Positions 27,184 to 36,041 of a stretch of DNA of 64,000 bases are shown in pieces. Numbering within the stretch: position 1 is the stretch's first letter; each line of letters opens with the position of its first letter. The notes under the pieces are model-generated. The model was not told the DNA's origin and did not search any database. It saw only the letters and a program-made list of their open reading frames with translations. Made by a program: the position numbers and the translations under genes. This DNA is from Acidimicrobiia bacterium (GTDB taxonomy: Bacteria; Actinomycetota; Acidimicrobiia; IMCC26256; JAMXLJ01). The stretch is from the NCBI GenBank assembly GCA_036558745.1, contig DATBEZ010000038.1, positions 1,212 to 65,211 on the forward strand, read 5' to 3'.

Positions 27184-28410
27184 GTGGGGAACGGGCGGCG
27201 CACGGTGCGGACCGTCGCGGTCGCGATCGTCGCCGCGGCGATCACCCTCGCCGGGTGCGGCAGCGTTTCGTCGCACAGCGCATCCTCGTCGACCACGACC
27301 GTTCCCGCGCTGCTGCGCGACGTCCCGCAACCGATCGTCACCATCGCGTACCTGCTCCAGGACGAGCTCACCCATCTGGGCTACAAGGTCGGTCGTCTGG
27401 ACGCCGGCTTCACGACGCGCGCGACGAACGCGCTCGAGCAGTTCCAACGGTCGAAGGGCCTGCCCGCAACCGGCGCGTTCGACCAGGCCACCGCCGTCGC
27501 GCTGCGCAGCGCCACCGGACGTCACGCACCGACGATCGTGCGCAGCGTGCAGTCGGTGCTGACCGAGCTCGGGCTCTACCACAGCGCGATCGACGGCAAC
27601 TACGGGTCCGAGACGACGGCCGCGGTCACGACGCTGCAGCGCCGCGCCGGCCTGCATCAGCACGTCGGTCTGGTCGACGCGGCGACGCTCGTCGCGATGG
27701 TCGACGAGTGGCGAGCGAAGAAGCTGCCCGCGCCGAACCCACCGCCGCCGCCCAATGAGTCCGGTGTCCTCCAGCCCGGCGACACGGGCGCGGCGGTCGC
27801 GTCGGTCCAGCACCGGCTCGCCGCGCTCGGCTACCGGCCCGGTGACCCCGACGGCGACTTCGGCGCCGAGACCGAGAGCGCGGTCGTCGCGTTCGAGAAG
27901 CACGAGGGACTCGCGCGCGACGGCGCGGTCGGCTCGCAGGTCCGGGCCCGGCTCGCGCACCCACGCGGAGCGGGACCGCGGTCGATGTCGCCGCAGCCCC
28001 ACATCGAGGTCGACCTCGACCGGCAGATCGCGTTCGTCGTGCTCCCGGGCGCGCCGGTCACGATCCTCGACGTGTCGACCGGCAGCGGCCAGACCTACAC
28101 CGACCCGGGGTCGAACCAGGAGCAGGTCGCGTACACGCCGACAGGCACGTACTCGGTGTACCGCGAGATCGACGCGCCGGTGATCGCGCCGCTCGGCACG
28201 CTCTACGAGCCGCTGTACTTCCTCGAGGGCTGGGCCATGCACGGCGAGTCGGTCGTGCCGCCGTACCCGGGCAGCCACGGGTGCGTGCGCACACACGACT
28301 GGGACCAGGACTGGCTGTTCCCGCAGATCCCGGTCGGGACGCCGATCACGATCTCCGGCACCAACCCCGGCGGCGTGAGCCGTCCGGCGAACGCGGGCGC
28401 CGGCTACTGA
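27184..28410 (+). CDS. Lipoprotein with three peptidoglycan-binding (PG_binding_1) repeats and a YkuD L,D-transpeptidase domain
   Basis: GTG 27184 in track ORF 26974..28410. Has the lipobox ITLAGC and repeats such as LGYKVGRLDAGFTTRATNALEQFQRSKGLPATG. Catalytic motif: HGESVVPPYPGSHGCVR. Confidence 0.85.
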   Translation: MGNGRRTVRTVAVAIVAAAITLAGCGSVSSHSASSSTTTVPALLRDVPQPIVTIAYLLQDELTHLGYKVGRLDAGFTTRATNALEQFQRSKGLPATGAFDQATAVALRSATGRHAPTIVRSVQSVLTELGLYHSAIDGNYGSETTAAVTTLQRRAGLHQHVGLVDAATLVAMVDEWRAKKLPAPNPPPPPNESGVLQPGDTGAAVASVQHRLAALGYRPGDPDGDFGAETESAVVAFEKHEGLARDGAVGSQVRARLAHPRGAGPRSMSPQPHIEVDLDRQIAFVVLPGAPVTILDVSTGSGQTYTDPGSNQEQVAYTPTGTYSVYREIDAPVIAPLGTLYEPLYFLEGWAMHGESVVPPYPGSHGCVRTHDWDQDWLFPQIPVGTPITISGTNPGGVSRPANAGAGY

Positions 28411-28781
28411 CCGTCGCCGTCGCGCGGCGCGAGCGGTGTGCCGAAGCGGATGATGTTGCCGTCGGGATCGACGACCGCACCCTCGCGCTGGCCCCACGAG
28501 GTGTCCTCGGGACCGTGGACCTCGGCACGTGCGGCCCTCCACGCAGCGGCGAGCGCGTCCGGGTCGTCGACCCACACGTACGCGCTCGCGTGGCCATGGT
28601 CGTCGAAGCGCTCGACGACGCCGAGGTGGAGCTCGACCTCGCCCGCGACCGCGTACCCGTAGCCGCCGCCGTCGTACCGGCGCGTCGAGAACCCGAGCCG
28701 GTCGTAGTGGGCCAGCGCGACGTCGAGGTCGCGCACCGGGAAGATCGGCGCGACACGCTGCAGCTGGATCACGCGCCGCAC
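28404..28781 (-). CDS. Glyoxalase/bleomycin-resistance (VOC) family protein
   Basis: Track ORF. Reads VAPIFPVRDLDVALAHYDRLGF...HLGV...WGQREGAVVDPDGNIIRFG. Confidence 0.8.
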   Translation of the reverse strand: MRRVIQLQRVAPIFPVRDLDVALAHYDRLGFSTRRYDGGGYGYAVAGEVELHLGVVERFDDHGHASAYVWVDDPDALAAAWRAARAEVHGPEDTSWGQREGAVVDPDGNIIRFGTPLAPRDGDGQ

Positions 28782-28782
28782 G

Positions 28783-28947
28783 CTACCGGCCGGTCGTGCC
28801 GTCGAGCAGCTCCCGGGTGATGTCCATGTGACCGACGTGGCGCGCGGTCTCCTCGATCATGTGGGTCACGACCCATCGCAGCGTCGTGGGCCGGATCTCG
28901 GTCACGAGCCGACGGTGCCAACTGGGCAGCGACGCGGTCAAGCCCAT
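28783..28947 (-). pseudogene. DinB/DUF664-family gene remnant (C-terminal ~54 codons only)
   Basis: The tail of track ORF 28783..29598(-) reads [48 protein letters not shown], the conserved C-terminal helix of DinB_2-type proteins. The expected ~110 upstream codons are absent, and that space is occupied by the plus-strand methyltransferase. Confidence 0.5.
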
Positions 28948-29004
28948 CGCCGATCGAGGAAAGGACGCGGCCGGCGACACGGACGCGGGACCAGACTCGA
29001 GGGC

Positions 29005-29655
29005 ATGGCGGACGACCGCTCGGAGGTGGTGCGGCGCGGCTACGACCGCATCGCGGCCGACTACCTCGCCGCACGCGTCGCCGGCGGCGACATCGACGCG
29101 CTCGACGACCTCCTGGCCCGCCTCCCGCCGGGTGCACGGATGCTCGACGCGGGATCCGGAGCGGGCGTGCCGGTGACGCAGCGCATCATCGATGGCGGGA
29201 TGTCGGCCTGCGCGCTCGACTTCTCGAACGCGCAGCTGCGACTGGCGCGCCGCCACGTCCCGAGGGCGGCGCTCGTCCAGGCCGACCTGGTCGCACTGCC
29301 CTTCGCGTCGGGCTCGTTCGACGCGGTGGTCTCGTTCTACGCGGTCATCCACGTCGACCGGGCGCTGCACGCGCACGTGTTCGGCGAGGTCGCCCGGGTG
29401 CTGCGACCCGGCGGCCACGCGCTCCTGTGCCTCGGGTCCCGCGACGTCCCGGCCGACGACGATCCGGAGAGCTGGCTCGGCGTCCCGATGTTCTGGAGCC
29501 ACTTCGACCGGGAGACCAACCTGCGGCTGGTGGGCGAGGCCGGTCTGGCGGTCCTCGCCGCGAGTCACGTCGCCGACCCGATGGACCACGGCGGGCACAC
29601 GTTCGTGCTGGCGCGGCGCCCGCCTGTGGGCACGAATCGGGACCTTGTTCCGTAA
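29005..29655 (+). CDS. Class I SAM-dependent methyltransferase
   Basis: ATG 29005 in track ORF 28828..29655. Has motif [11 protein letters not shown] and the post-I/II motifs [19 protein letters not shown] and LRPGG. Confidence 0.85.
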   Translation: MADDRSEVVRRGYDRIAADYLAARVAGGDIDALDDLLARLPPGARMLDAGSGAGVPVTQRIIDGGMSACALDFSNAQLRLARRHVPRAALVQADLVALPFASGSFDAVVSFYAVIHVDRALHAHVFGEVARVLRPGGHALLCLGSRDVPADDDPESWLGVPMFWSHFDRETNLRLVGEAGLAVLAASHVADPMDHGGHTFVLARRPPVGTNRDLVP

Positions 29656-29720
29656 CGTTGATTCGATTAAGCTCCGCGTTGTTCACCGATGACCGCGGGC
29701 ACAGGACACAAGGGGGCCGC

Positions 29721-30419
29721 ATGGGCGCGCTCGTCACCTACTCGCTCGACGACGGCGTGGCGACGATCGCCATGGACGACGGCAAGGTCAACGTGCTGTC
29801 GCTCGCGATGCAGTCGGAGCTCAACGCCGCGCTCGACCGGGCCGAGGCGGACCGCGCCGTCGTCGTGCTCGCGGGCCGCGACGGCGTGTTCTCCGCCGGC
29901 TTCGACCTGCCCGCACTCCGCGCCGGCGGCCCGGACGCGCTCGACATGCTCCAGGGCGGGTTCCTGCTCGCCGAGCGCCTGCTGTCGTTCCCGACGCCCG
30001 TCGTGATCGCGTGCACCGGTCACGCGATCGCGATGGCGGTGTTCCTGCTGCTCTCCGGCGACTACCGCATCGGCGCAGCCGGGCCTCACAAGCTCACGGC
30101 GAACGAGGTCGCGATCGGCATGACCCTGCCGCGCGCGGCGATCGAGCTGTGCCGGCAACGGCTGACGCCCGCGGTGTTCAACCGCGCCGTCATCCTCGCC
30201 GAGGTCTTCTCCCCCGATGATGCGGTCGCGGGCGGCCTGCTCGACCGGGTCGCGCCCGCCGACGAGCTCCTCGACGTCGCGCGCACGACTGCGAGCGCGC
30301 TGGCCAAGCTCGACCTGCGCGCGCATGCCGCGACCAAGCTGCGGGCGCGCGAACAGACCCTGCAGGCGCTTCGCGCCGCGATCGAAGCCGACGACGCGGA
30401 CCTGCGCCCCCGCGCCTGA
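29721..30419 (+). CDS. Crotonase-fold protein (enoyl-CoA hydratase/isomerase family)
   Basis: ATG 29721 behind AAGGGGG in track ORF 29427..30419. Reads VLAGRDGVFSAGFDL and PVVIACTGHAIAMAVFLLLSGD. Confidence 0.85.
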   Translation: MGALVTYSLDDGVATIAMDDGKVNVLSLAMQSELNAALDRAEADRAVVVLAGRDGVFSAGFDLPALRAGGPDALDMLQGGFLLAERLLSFPTPVVIACTGHAIAMAVFLLLSGDYRIGAAGPHKLTANEVAIGMTLPRAAIELCRQRLTPAVFNRAVILAEVFSPDDAVAGGLLDRVAPADELLDVARTTASALAKLDLRAHAATKLRAREQTLQALRAAIEADDADLRPRA

Positions 30420-30425
30420 CCTGCG

Positions 30426-31037
30426 ATGCCGAGAGCGAAGCAACGCACCCCCGAGCTGCGCGACCGCGTGCTCCAGGTGGCGGTCGCGACGCTCGCGAGC
30501 GAAGGCGTGACGGGTTTCACCACGCGCCGGGTCGCGGAGGAGGCGGAGACGTCGACGCCCGCGGTCTACGAGCTGTTCGGCGACAAGGCCGGCCTCGTGC
30601 GCGAGGTGTTCTTCGAGGGCTTCCGCATGCTCGCCCGTCGCCTGGCCGAAGCCGAGGCGACCGACGACCCGAAGGCGGACCTCGTGCGCGTGGCCGATAC
30701 GTTCCGCCGGTTCGTGCGCGAGAACCCGGTGCTGGCCGAGGTGATGTTCTCGCGTCCGATCGCCGACTTCGACCCCGGTCCCGACGAGCTGCGCGCGGGG
30801 AGCTCGGTGCGCGAGCTCGTCGTGACGCGTGTGCGGCGCGCGCTCGACGCAGACGTGCTGACCGGCGACGCGACCGACATCGCGCACGCGCTGGTCGCCC
30901 TCGCCCAGGGCCTCGCGGCCCAGGAGACCGCGGGCTGGCTGGGTACGTCGAAGGCGTCGATCGACCGCCGCTGGACGCTCGCGGTGCGGGCCATGCTCGA
31001 CGGCCTCGCGCCCGCGCGTCGCCCGTCGATCAGGTGA
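30426..31037 (+). CDS. TetR-family transcriptional regulator
   Basis: Track ORF with an N-terminal HTH (FTTRRVAEEAETSTPAVYELFGDKAGL). Confidence 0.88.
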   Translation: MPRAKQRTPELRDRVLQVAVATLASEGVTGFTTRRVAEEAETSTPAVYELFGDKAGLVREVFFEGFRMLARRLAEAEATDDPKADLVRVADTFRRFVRENPVLAEVMFSRPIADFDPGPDELRAGSSVRELVVTRVRRALDADVLTGDATDIAHALVALAQGLAAQETAGWLGTSKASIDRRWTLAVRAMLDGLAPARRPSIR

Positions 31038-32199
31038 GGACCGCGGGAAGGCGGCGATGCCCGAGGGCCCAGAACACCGGGTTCGGCTCCGGCGCGAAGC
31101 CTTCCACCAACCGGAGGCTCGACACCCGATCACACAGCGCCTCGATCACCGCCGCCGCTTCCAGCCGCGCGAGCGTCGCCCCCGGGCACACGTGCGGACC
31201 GGTGCCGAACGCGAGATGGTCACGCGGTCGCGTGCGGTCGACACGGAACGCCGAAGGCTCGTCGTAGCGCGACTCGTCGCGGTTCGCGCTCGCCACCCCG
31301 AACACGACCCGGTCACCCGGCGCCAGCGGGCAGCCGGACACCTCGGTGTAGCCGAGCACGGCCCGGGCCAGCACCTGCACCGGCGAGTCGTGACGCAGCG
31401 ACTCTTCGACCACGACCGGCACGAGCGCGCGCTCCTCGCGGACTCGCTCGTACAGGTCGGGCGCGCTCGCGAGCGTGTGCAGGCAGTTGCCGATGAGGTT
31501 CCTGGTCGTCTCGTTACCGGCCACGATGAGGAACATCGTCTGGGTGCGCACCGCCGCATCGGAGAGGTATTCGCCGTCGACGTCGGTACGGAGGAACCGC
31601 GTGATCACGTCGTCGGGTGGATCGGGCACCGCTCGCCGCCGGTCGATCTCGCGCTGGATATACGCGGCGAACTCGGGATGGCTCTGCGACAACGTGGCGG
31701 GCTCACCGCTGTCCTGCGCGGCGAGCAGCTCGTCGGACCAGTGGCGGAAGCGCTCCTGGTCCTCGACCGGCACGCCCAGCATGTGGGCGATCACGGCGGA
31801 CGGCAGCGGATCGACGACCGTCGCGACCAGGTCGACGCAGCCCGCGGCGGCCTGCTCGGCCAGCGCGTCCCCGACGAGCCGCCGCGCGGTGTCGCGGACG
31901 AACGGCGCAGCCTGCGCGGTGCGGTGCGCGGCGACGACCGTGTTGATGACGCGTCGGATCCGCCCGTGCCGCGGTTCGGGCACCGCGGAGATGACGATCT
32001 CGTCCTCCGGCAGCGCGCTGACGTCCATGAACGAGCCCACGAACCGGTCGACGTCGCGCAGACCCGCCTCCACGCCGTCGGCGGTCGCGACGTAGTAGCC
32101 CGCGGGCGTGTCGACCACACCGCCGGCCTTGCGCGCCCGGGCCATCGCCTCGTAGCGATCCTCGGCACCACCGGCGTACGGGTCGAACGCCTCCGTCAT
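31030..32199 (-). CDS. Cytochrome P450
   Basis: Track ORF. Has LIVAGNETT, EESLRH and the heme loop HLAFGTGPHVCPGATLAR. Confidence 0.9.
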   Translation of the reverse strand: MTEAFDPYAGGAEDRYEAMARARKAGGVVDTPAGYYVATADGVEAGLRDVDRFVGSFMDVSALPEDEIVISAVPEPRHGRIRRVINTVVAAHRTAQAAPFVRDTARRLVGDALAEQAAAGCVDLVATVVDPLPSAVIAHMLGVPVEDQERFRHWSDELLAAQDSGEPATLSQSHPEFAAYIQREIDRRRAVPDPPDDVITRFLRTDVDGEYLSDAAVRTQTMFLIVAGNETTRNLIGNCLHTLASAPDLYERVREERALVPVVVEESLRHDSPVQVLARAVLGYTEVSGCPLAPGDRVVFGVASANRDESRYDEPSAFRVDRTRPRDHLAFGTGPHVCPGATLARLEAAAVIEALCDRVSSLRLVEGFAPEPNPVFWALGHRRLPAVLT

Positions 32200-32288
32200 G
32201 ACCGAGCCGTCTACTCTTCGCCGCCGACGGCGTCAACCGCGACGCGCGATGGCTGCGCGCGACACGGCGCCTTCGAGAGGAGCGGCGC

Positions 32289-33524
32289 GTGACCTGGGAT
32301 CCCGGGCCCCGGCCCCAGTGGGTGAAGGACGCGATCGACGGGCGCTTCGACGCCGTGCTGGCCCGCGCGCGCGATCCCTTCGAACGCGACGCGCTGCTCG
32401 ACGAGGCCCACATCACGACCGGGCTCGACGATTTCGGCGACGATCCCTTCGTCGAGGCGCTCGACGTCCTGATCGCGTCGGCCGAGGACGAGTCACGACT
32501 CCATGTCGTCGGGCGCTGGCGCCTGCGGACGATGCTGCTCGGGCTACTCGCGAACCGGCTGAAGCTGCGCGAGTACGTGCGTCACGACCCCGAGGTCATG
32601 ACCGAGCCCATCGTGGCACCGATCGTCGTGACGGGCGCGCCCCGGTCGGGCACGTCGATCCTCCATCAGCTCCTGAGCCACGACCCCGCGCACCGCGCCC
32701 CCCGCTCGTGGGAGTTCTGGTGCCCGACGCCGCCACCGGAGCCGGCGACCTACGGGCGCGACGCGCGCGTCCCGCTCGCCGACGCCGAGATCCGGCTGAG
32801 CGCGGCGCTCGCGCCCAGCTTCGACGCGATGCACGAGATGTCGGCGACCATGCCGCGCGAGTGCATCGGCGCCCAGAATTGTGCGCTGCGCTCCGACGAC
32901 CTGCCCGGCAACTTCCGCCTCCCCTCGTACCAGGCGTGGTTGGACGGGGCCGACATGCAGCCCGCGTACGCGTGGCACCGGCTCATCCTCCAGACGCTTC
33001 AGCGGCGCATGCCGTCCCGTCGGTGGGTGCTCAAGGCGCCGTCGCACCTGGCCGCGCTCGACACCCTGTTCGAGACGTATCCCGACGCGGAGCTCGTGAT
33101 CACGCACCGCGATCCGCTGACCATGCTCGCGTCGGTCACGAGCCTGGAGGCGACGCTGTACTGGGCCCACTCCGACGGGGTGCAGTACGACACCGTGGCG
33201 CAGGAACAGCTCGACCGTCACGCGCGCCTGCTGGACGGCCTCGTCGACTGGCGCGAGCACCATCCCGGCGTGCGCGTGCACGATGTCGAGTACTGGCGCT
33301 TCGTCGAGGATCCCGTGCGCGCGATGGAGGAGCTCTACGCGGCGATGGACACGCAGCTGACCGGGGACGCGCGCGCGGCGATCGCGGGTCACGTCGCCGC
33401 CAAGCCCCAGGGTCGTCACGGTGGCCACCGGTACTCGTTCGACGACCTCGGCCTCGACGAGCGCACGACCCGTGCGCGTTTCCGCCGGTACCAGGACCGC
33501 TTCGGCATCCCCGACGACTTCTAG
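32289..33524 (+). CDS. Sulfotransferase family protein (PAPS-dependent, mycobacterial Stf-like)
   Basis: Track ORF. Has the 5'-PSB loop VVTGAPRSGTSILHQLL and the 3'-PB-like VLKAPSHL. Length is ~410 aa. Confidence 0.75.
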   Translation: MTWDPGPRPQWVKDAIDGRFDAVLARARDPFERDALLDEAHITTGLDDFGDDPFVEALDVLIASAEDESRLHVVGRWRLRTMLLGLLANRLKLREYVRHDPEVMTEPIVAPIVVTGAPRSGTSILHQLLSHDPAHRAPRSWEFWCPTPPPEPATYGRDARVPLADAEIRLSAALAPSFDAMHEMSATMPRECIGAQNCALRSDDLPGNFRLPSYQAWLDGADMQPAYAWHRLILQTLQRRMPSRRWVLKAPSHLAALDTLFETYPDAELVITHRDPLTMLASVTSLEATLYWAHSDGVQYDTVAQEQLDRHARLLDGLVDWREHHPGVRVHDVEYWRFVEDPVRAMEELYAAMDTQLTGDARAAIAGHVAAKPQGRHGGHRYSFDDLGLDERTTRARFRRYQDRFGIPDDF

Positions 33525-33550
33525 CGTCGCGCCCCCAAAGCCCCGCTGCG

Positions 33551-33592
33551 TTGGGACGGTTAGCGTCGCCAGGACGACACTTTGCGTCCCAA
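33551..33592. repeat. TTGGGAC...GTCCCAA palindrome family, copy 2 (8-bp terminal arms plus inner GTCG/CGAC, degenerate interior)
   Basis: TTGGGACGGTTAGCGTCG-CCAGGA-CGACACTTTGCGTCCCAA, 42 bp. It is intergenic between 32289..33524(+) and 33614..34807(+). Confidence 0.7.
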
Positions 33593-33613
33593 CGCGGGAA
33601 GAGGGCGTGACCG

Positions 33614-34807
33614 ATGACGCAGGAAGACTCCGACACGGGCGCGGCGTGGCAGGACTTCTGCCGCCGCATCGGGGAGCTCGGCGAACGCATCCTGGCCGAC
33701 GACTTCCCCGGCGCGAGCGGCACCGACGCGGCGCGCGACCGCGCCGAGGGCTTCCGCCACCTCGCGAACCAGGTCGCGTGCTGGCTCACGTACGCCATCG
33801 GCCACACCGACGCACGGCACCCGTTGCTCTTTCGGCACAACGACCTCGTGTACCGCTGGGGCGGCCCGAACGTCGACCAGAACGCGCGCCGAGCGGTGAT
33901 CGCGGGCGACGGGACGTATCGGATCAGCGGCACGATGGGCGCGTGCGAGGAGTTCGTTCTCCAGGTGAAGGCGGGCGAGATGCACACCGGCGACGCGCGC
34001 GTGTGCGCGGAGACGTCGGCGTCCCGGCTCGGCCTCGGCCCCGGTGACGCGTTCACCATCGTGCTGAGCGCGACCGAGCAACCCGGCAACTGGGTCGAGA
34101 TCGCGCCCGACGCGAACCTCGTCCACGTGCGGGACTACTACTTCGACTGGCAGGCGCGGGAGCCCGCGACGTTCGCGATCGAGCGACTCGACACACAGGG
34201 CGAGCCCGAGGTGCCGCTCACGCTCGCTCGCGTCGAGGCCATGCTGTCGGAGGCGTTGCGACAGATCGAAGGGTCGATCGTCTATTGGCGGGACTACCAG
34301 GACGACGTCCGCGCCACCCAGGACCTCAACACGTTCGGCGCTCCCGCGTTCGTGCCCGAAGGAGTGCACGACATCCTGTACGCACACGCGTTCATCGCGC
34401 TGAGCACCGCGGACGCGCTCGTCATCGAGGTCGACCCGTCCGATGCCGATCTCTGGGACGTGCAGCTCTACAGCCGAGGCTGGTACGAGTCGCTCGACTT
34501 CTCGAACCGGTCGACCAGCTCGAACCACCGTCTCGCGCACCGCGACGCCGACGGGCACGTCCGCCTCGTCGTCGCGCCGGTCGATCCGGGCGTGCCGAAC
34601 TGGCTCGACACCGAAGCGCGCGACGAGGTCATGTGCACGATGCGGTGGTGGCGCGCCCGTGGAACACCGCTCGTGCGCACCGCGCTGGTGCCCGCGACTG
34701 CGCTACGCGAGCACCTTCCCGCCGATACCCCCTACGTCGACGTGGGCGCGCGCTCGGAGCAGATGCGTCGCCGCGCCGCGCACGTCGCGCGTCGCTACCG
34801 CACCTGA
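33614..34807 (+). CDS. Conserved hypothetical protein, DUF1214-like C-terminal region
   Basis: Track ORF with good coding character. LWDVQLYS...DGHVRLVVAPVDPGVPNWLDTEARDEVMCTMRWW resembles the FWS..Y...NWLP...R.Y pattern of DUF1214. The family call comes from memory only. Confidence 0.55.
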   Translation: MTQEDSDTGAAWQDFCRRIGELGERILADDFPGASGTDAARDRAEGFRHLANQVACWLTYAIGHTDARHPLLFRHNDLVYRWGGPNVDQNARRAVIAGDGTYRISGTMGACEEFVLQVKAGEMHTGDARVCAETSASRLGLGPGDAFTIVLSATEQPGNWVEIAPDANLVHVRDYYFDWQAREPATFAIERLDTQGEPEVPLTLARVEAMLSEALRQIEGSIVYWRDYQDDVRATQDLNTFGAPAFVPEGVHDILYAHAFIALSTADALVIEVDPSDADLWDVQLYSRGWYESLDFSNRSTSSNHRLAHRDADGHVRLVVAPVDPGVPNWLDTEARDEVMCTMRWWRARGTPLVRTALVPATALREHLPADTPYVDVGARSEQMRRRAAHVARRYRT

Positions 34808-35400
34808 ACGTCGCTCAACGCGGCCACGTCGACGACGCCGGCGAGGAGCACGCGTGCGACACGCTGGAGCAGCGCGTCGATCTCCTCGATCGTGAGCTCG
34901 CCGTGCGCCCACGAGTACAACGCACCCTGCCACGCGAGCCCGAGAAGCAGGTTGAACTCGTCCGCGTCCACCGGCTCGCCCTCGATGGCGGCCTTCACGA
35001 GCTCCTGAACGACCGCGTCCTGCTCCTTGCGCAGCTCGCGCACACCCGGATCGGTCGAGCCCAGCGCGAGCACGAACGCCTGCCCGAGCTTCGGCGACCG
35101 CGCCAACGCCTCGCACGTGCGGTGCAGGAACTCCGCGACGCGCTCGCCCGCCGTCGCCGCGTCGGAGTCACCCGTTCCGTCGGCCCGCAGCTGACGCACG
35201 AAGTCGAGGTGCGCCGCCGCGATGAGCTGGTCCTTGGACGAGAAGTACCGGTAGATCGTGGCCGAGGAGAGCCCGGTGAGCCGCACGACATCGCGGATCT
35301 GCACCGCCTCGTATCCGCCCCGTTCGGCGAGGGTCCGGGTCGCTGCGATGGCGCGCTCGGCCGGACCGGGTTCTGGTGCCGCCCCACGCACGTTCCCCAC
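34795..35400 (-). CDS. TetR-family transcriptional regulator
   Basis: Within track ORF 34795..35664(-); start placed at GTG 35400 because the divergent gene starts at 35483. HTH: VQIRDVVRLTGLSSATIYRYFSSKDQL. Confidence 0.8.
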   Translation of the reverse strand: MGNVRGAAPEPGPAERAIAATRTLAERGGYEAVQIRDVVRLTGLSSATIYRYFSSKDQLIAAAHLDFVRQLRADGTGDSDAATAGERVAEFLHRTCEALARSPKLGQAFVLALGSTDPGVRELRKEQDAVVQELVKAAIEGEPVDADEFNLLLGLAWQGALYSWAHGELTIEEIDALLQRVARVLLAGVVDVAALSDVQVR

Positions 35401-35482
35401 AACGTGATCGTACCGAGAACAGCGCTGGTCAAACCTGGGTTCGCGTGTGACAGCGCGCAGTACGGCATGCGAGATTCGTGAC

Positions 35483-35968
35483 ATGACCTCACGTTCCGCT
35501 CGGACGAAGCGGTACCTCACCTTGCGCGGCACGCCGTTGCGGTACTGGGTTCGCATCCACATCTGGGTGTACCGCACCACGCACGGGCGGGCTCTGTACC
35601 GCATGCGCGGGATGCCGTCGCTCCTGCTGACGACGACGGGGCGCCGTTCCGGCCGTGCGCACACGGTTCCGCTCCCCTACTTCACGGATGCCGACGGCTC
35701 GGGCAAGGTCGTCGTCGGGTCGTTCGCGGGCTCGGACCACGACCCGGCATGGGTGCTGAACCTGCGCGGCGACCCCTCCGTCCGGATCCAGGACCGCGCG
35801 GAGGTGTACCCGGCGCGCGCCACGGTGCTCGAGCGCGAGACCCGCGCACCGGTGTGGGAACGCGTCGTGGCCGCCGCGCCGTGGTACGCGAACTACCAGA
35901 CCGCCACGTCGCGCGAGATACCGCTCGTCCGGCTCGAACGGACCGAGCCCGCCGACGGCGGGGCGTGA
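35483..35968 (+). CDS. Deazaflavin (F420)-dependent nitroreductase-family oxidoreductase (Ddn-like)
   Basis: ATG 35483 in track ORF 35447..35968. TTGRRSGRAHTVPLPYF...VVGSFAGSDHDPAWVLNLRGDPSVRIQ is the family signature. Confidence 0.85.
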   Translation: MTSRSARTKRYLTLRGTPLRYWVRIHIWVYRTTHGRALYRMRGMPSLLLTTTGRRSGRAHTVPLPYFTDADGSGKVVVGSFAGSDHDPAWVLNLRGDPSVRIQDRAEVYPARATVLERETRAPVWERVVAAAPWYANYQTATSREIPLVRLERTEPADGGA

Positions 35969-36041
35969 CCGAGCCGCATTGGGGCGCGCGGCCGGCCTGC
36001 TGCTAGTTCTTGGACCCCACATCGGCCTGAAGGGATGCCGT

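Noticed and set aside
29656-29700. Locally AT-richer patch (CGTAACGTTGATTCGATTAAGCTCC) upstream of the crotonase gene 29721
   Set aside because: It is suggestive of a promoter (TTGATT). No convincing -10 at proper spacing and no operator symmetry could be defined.
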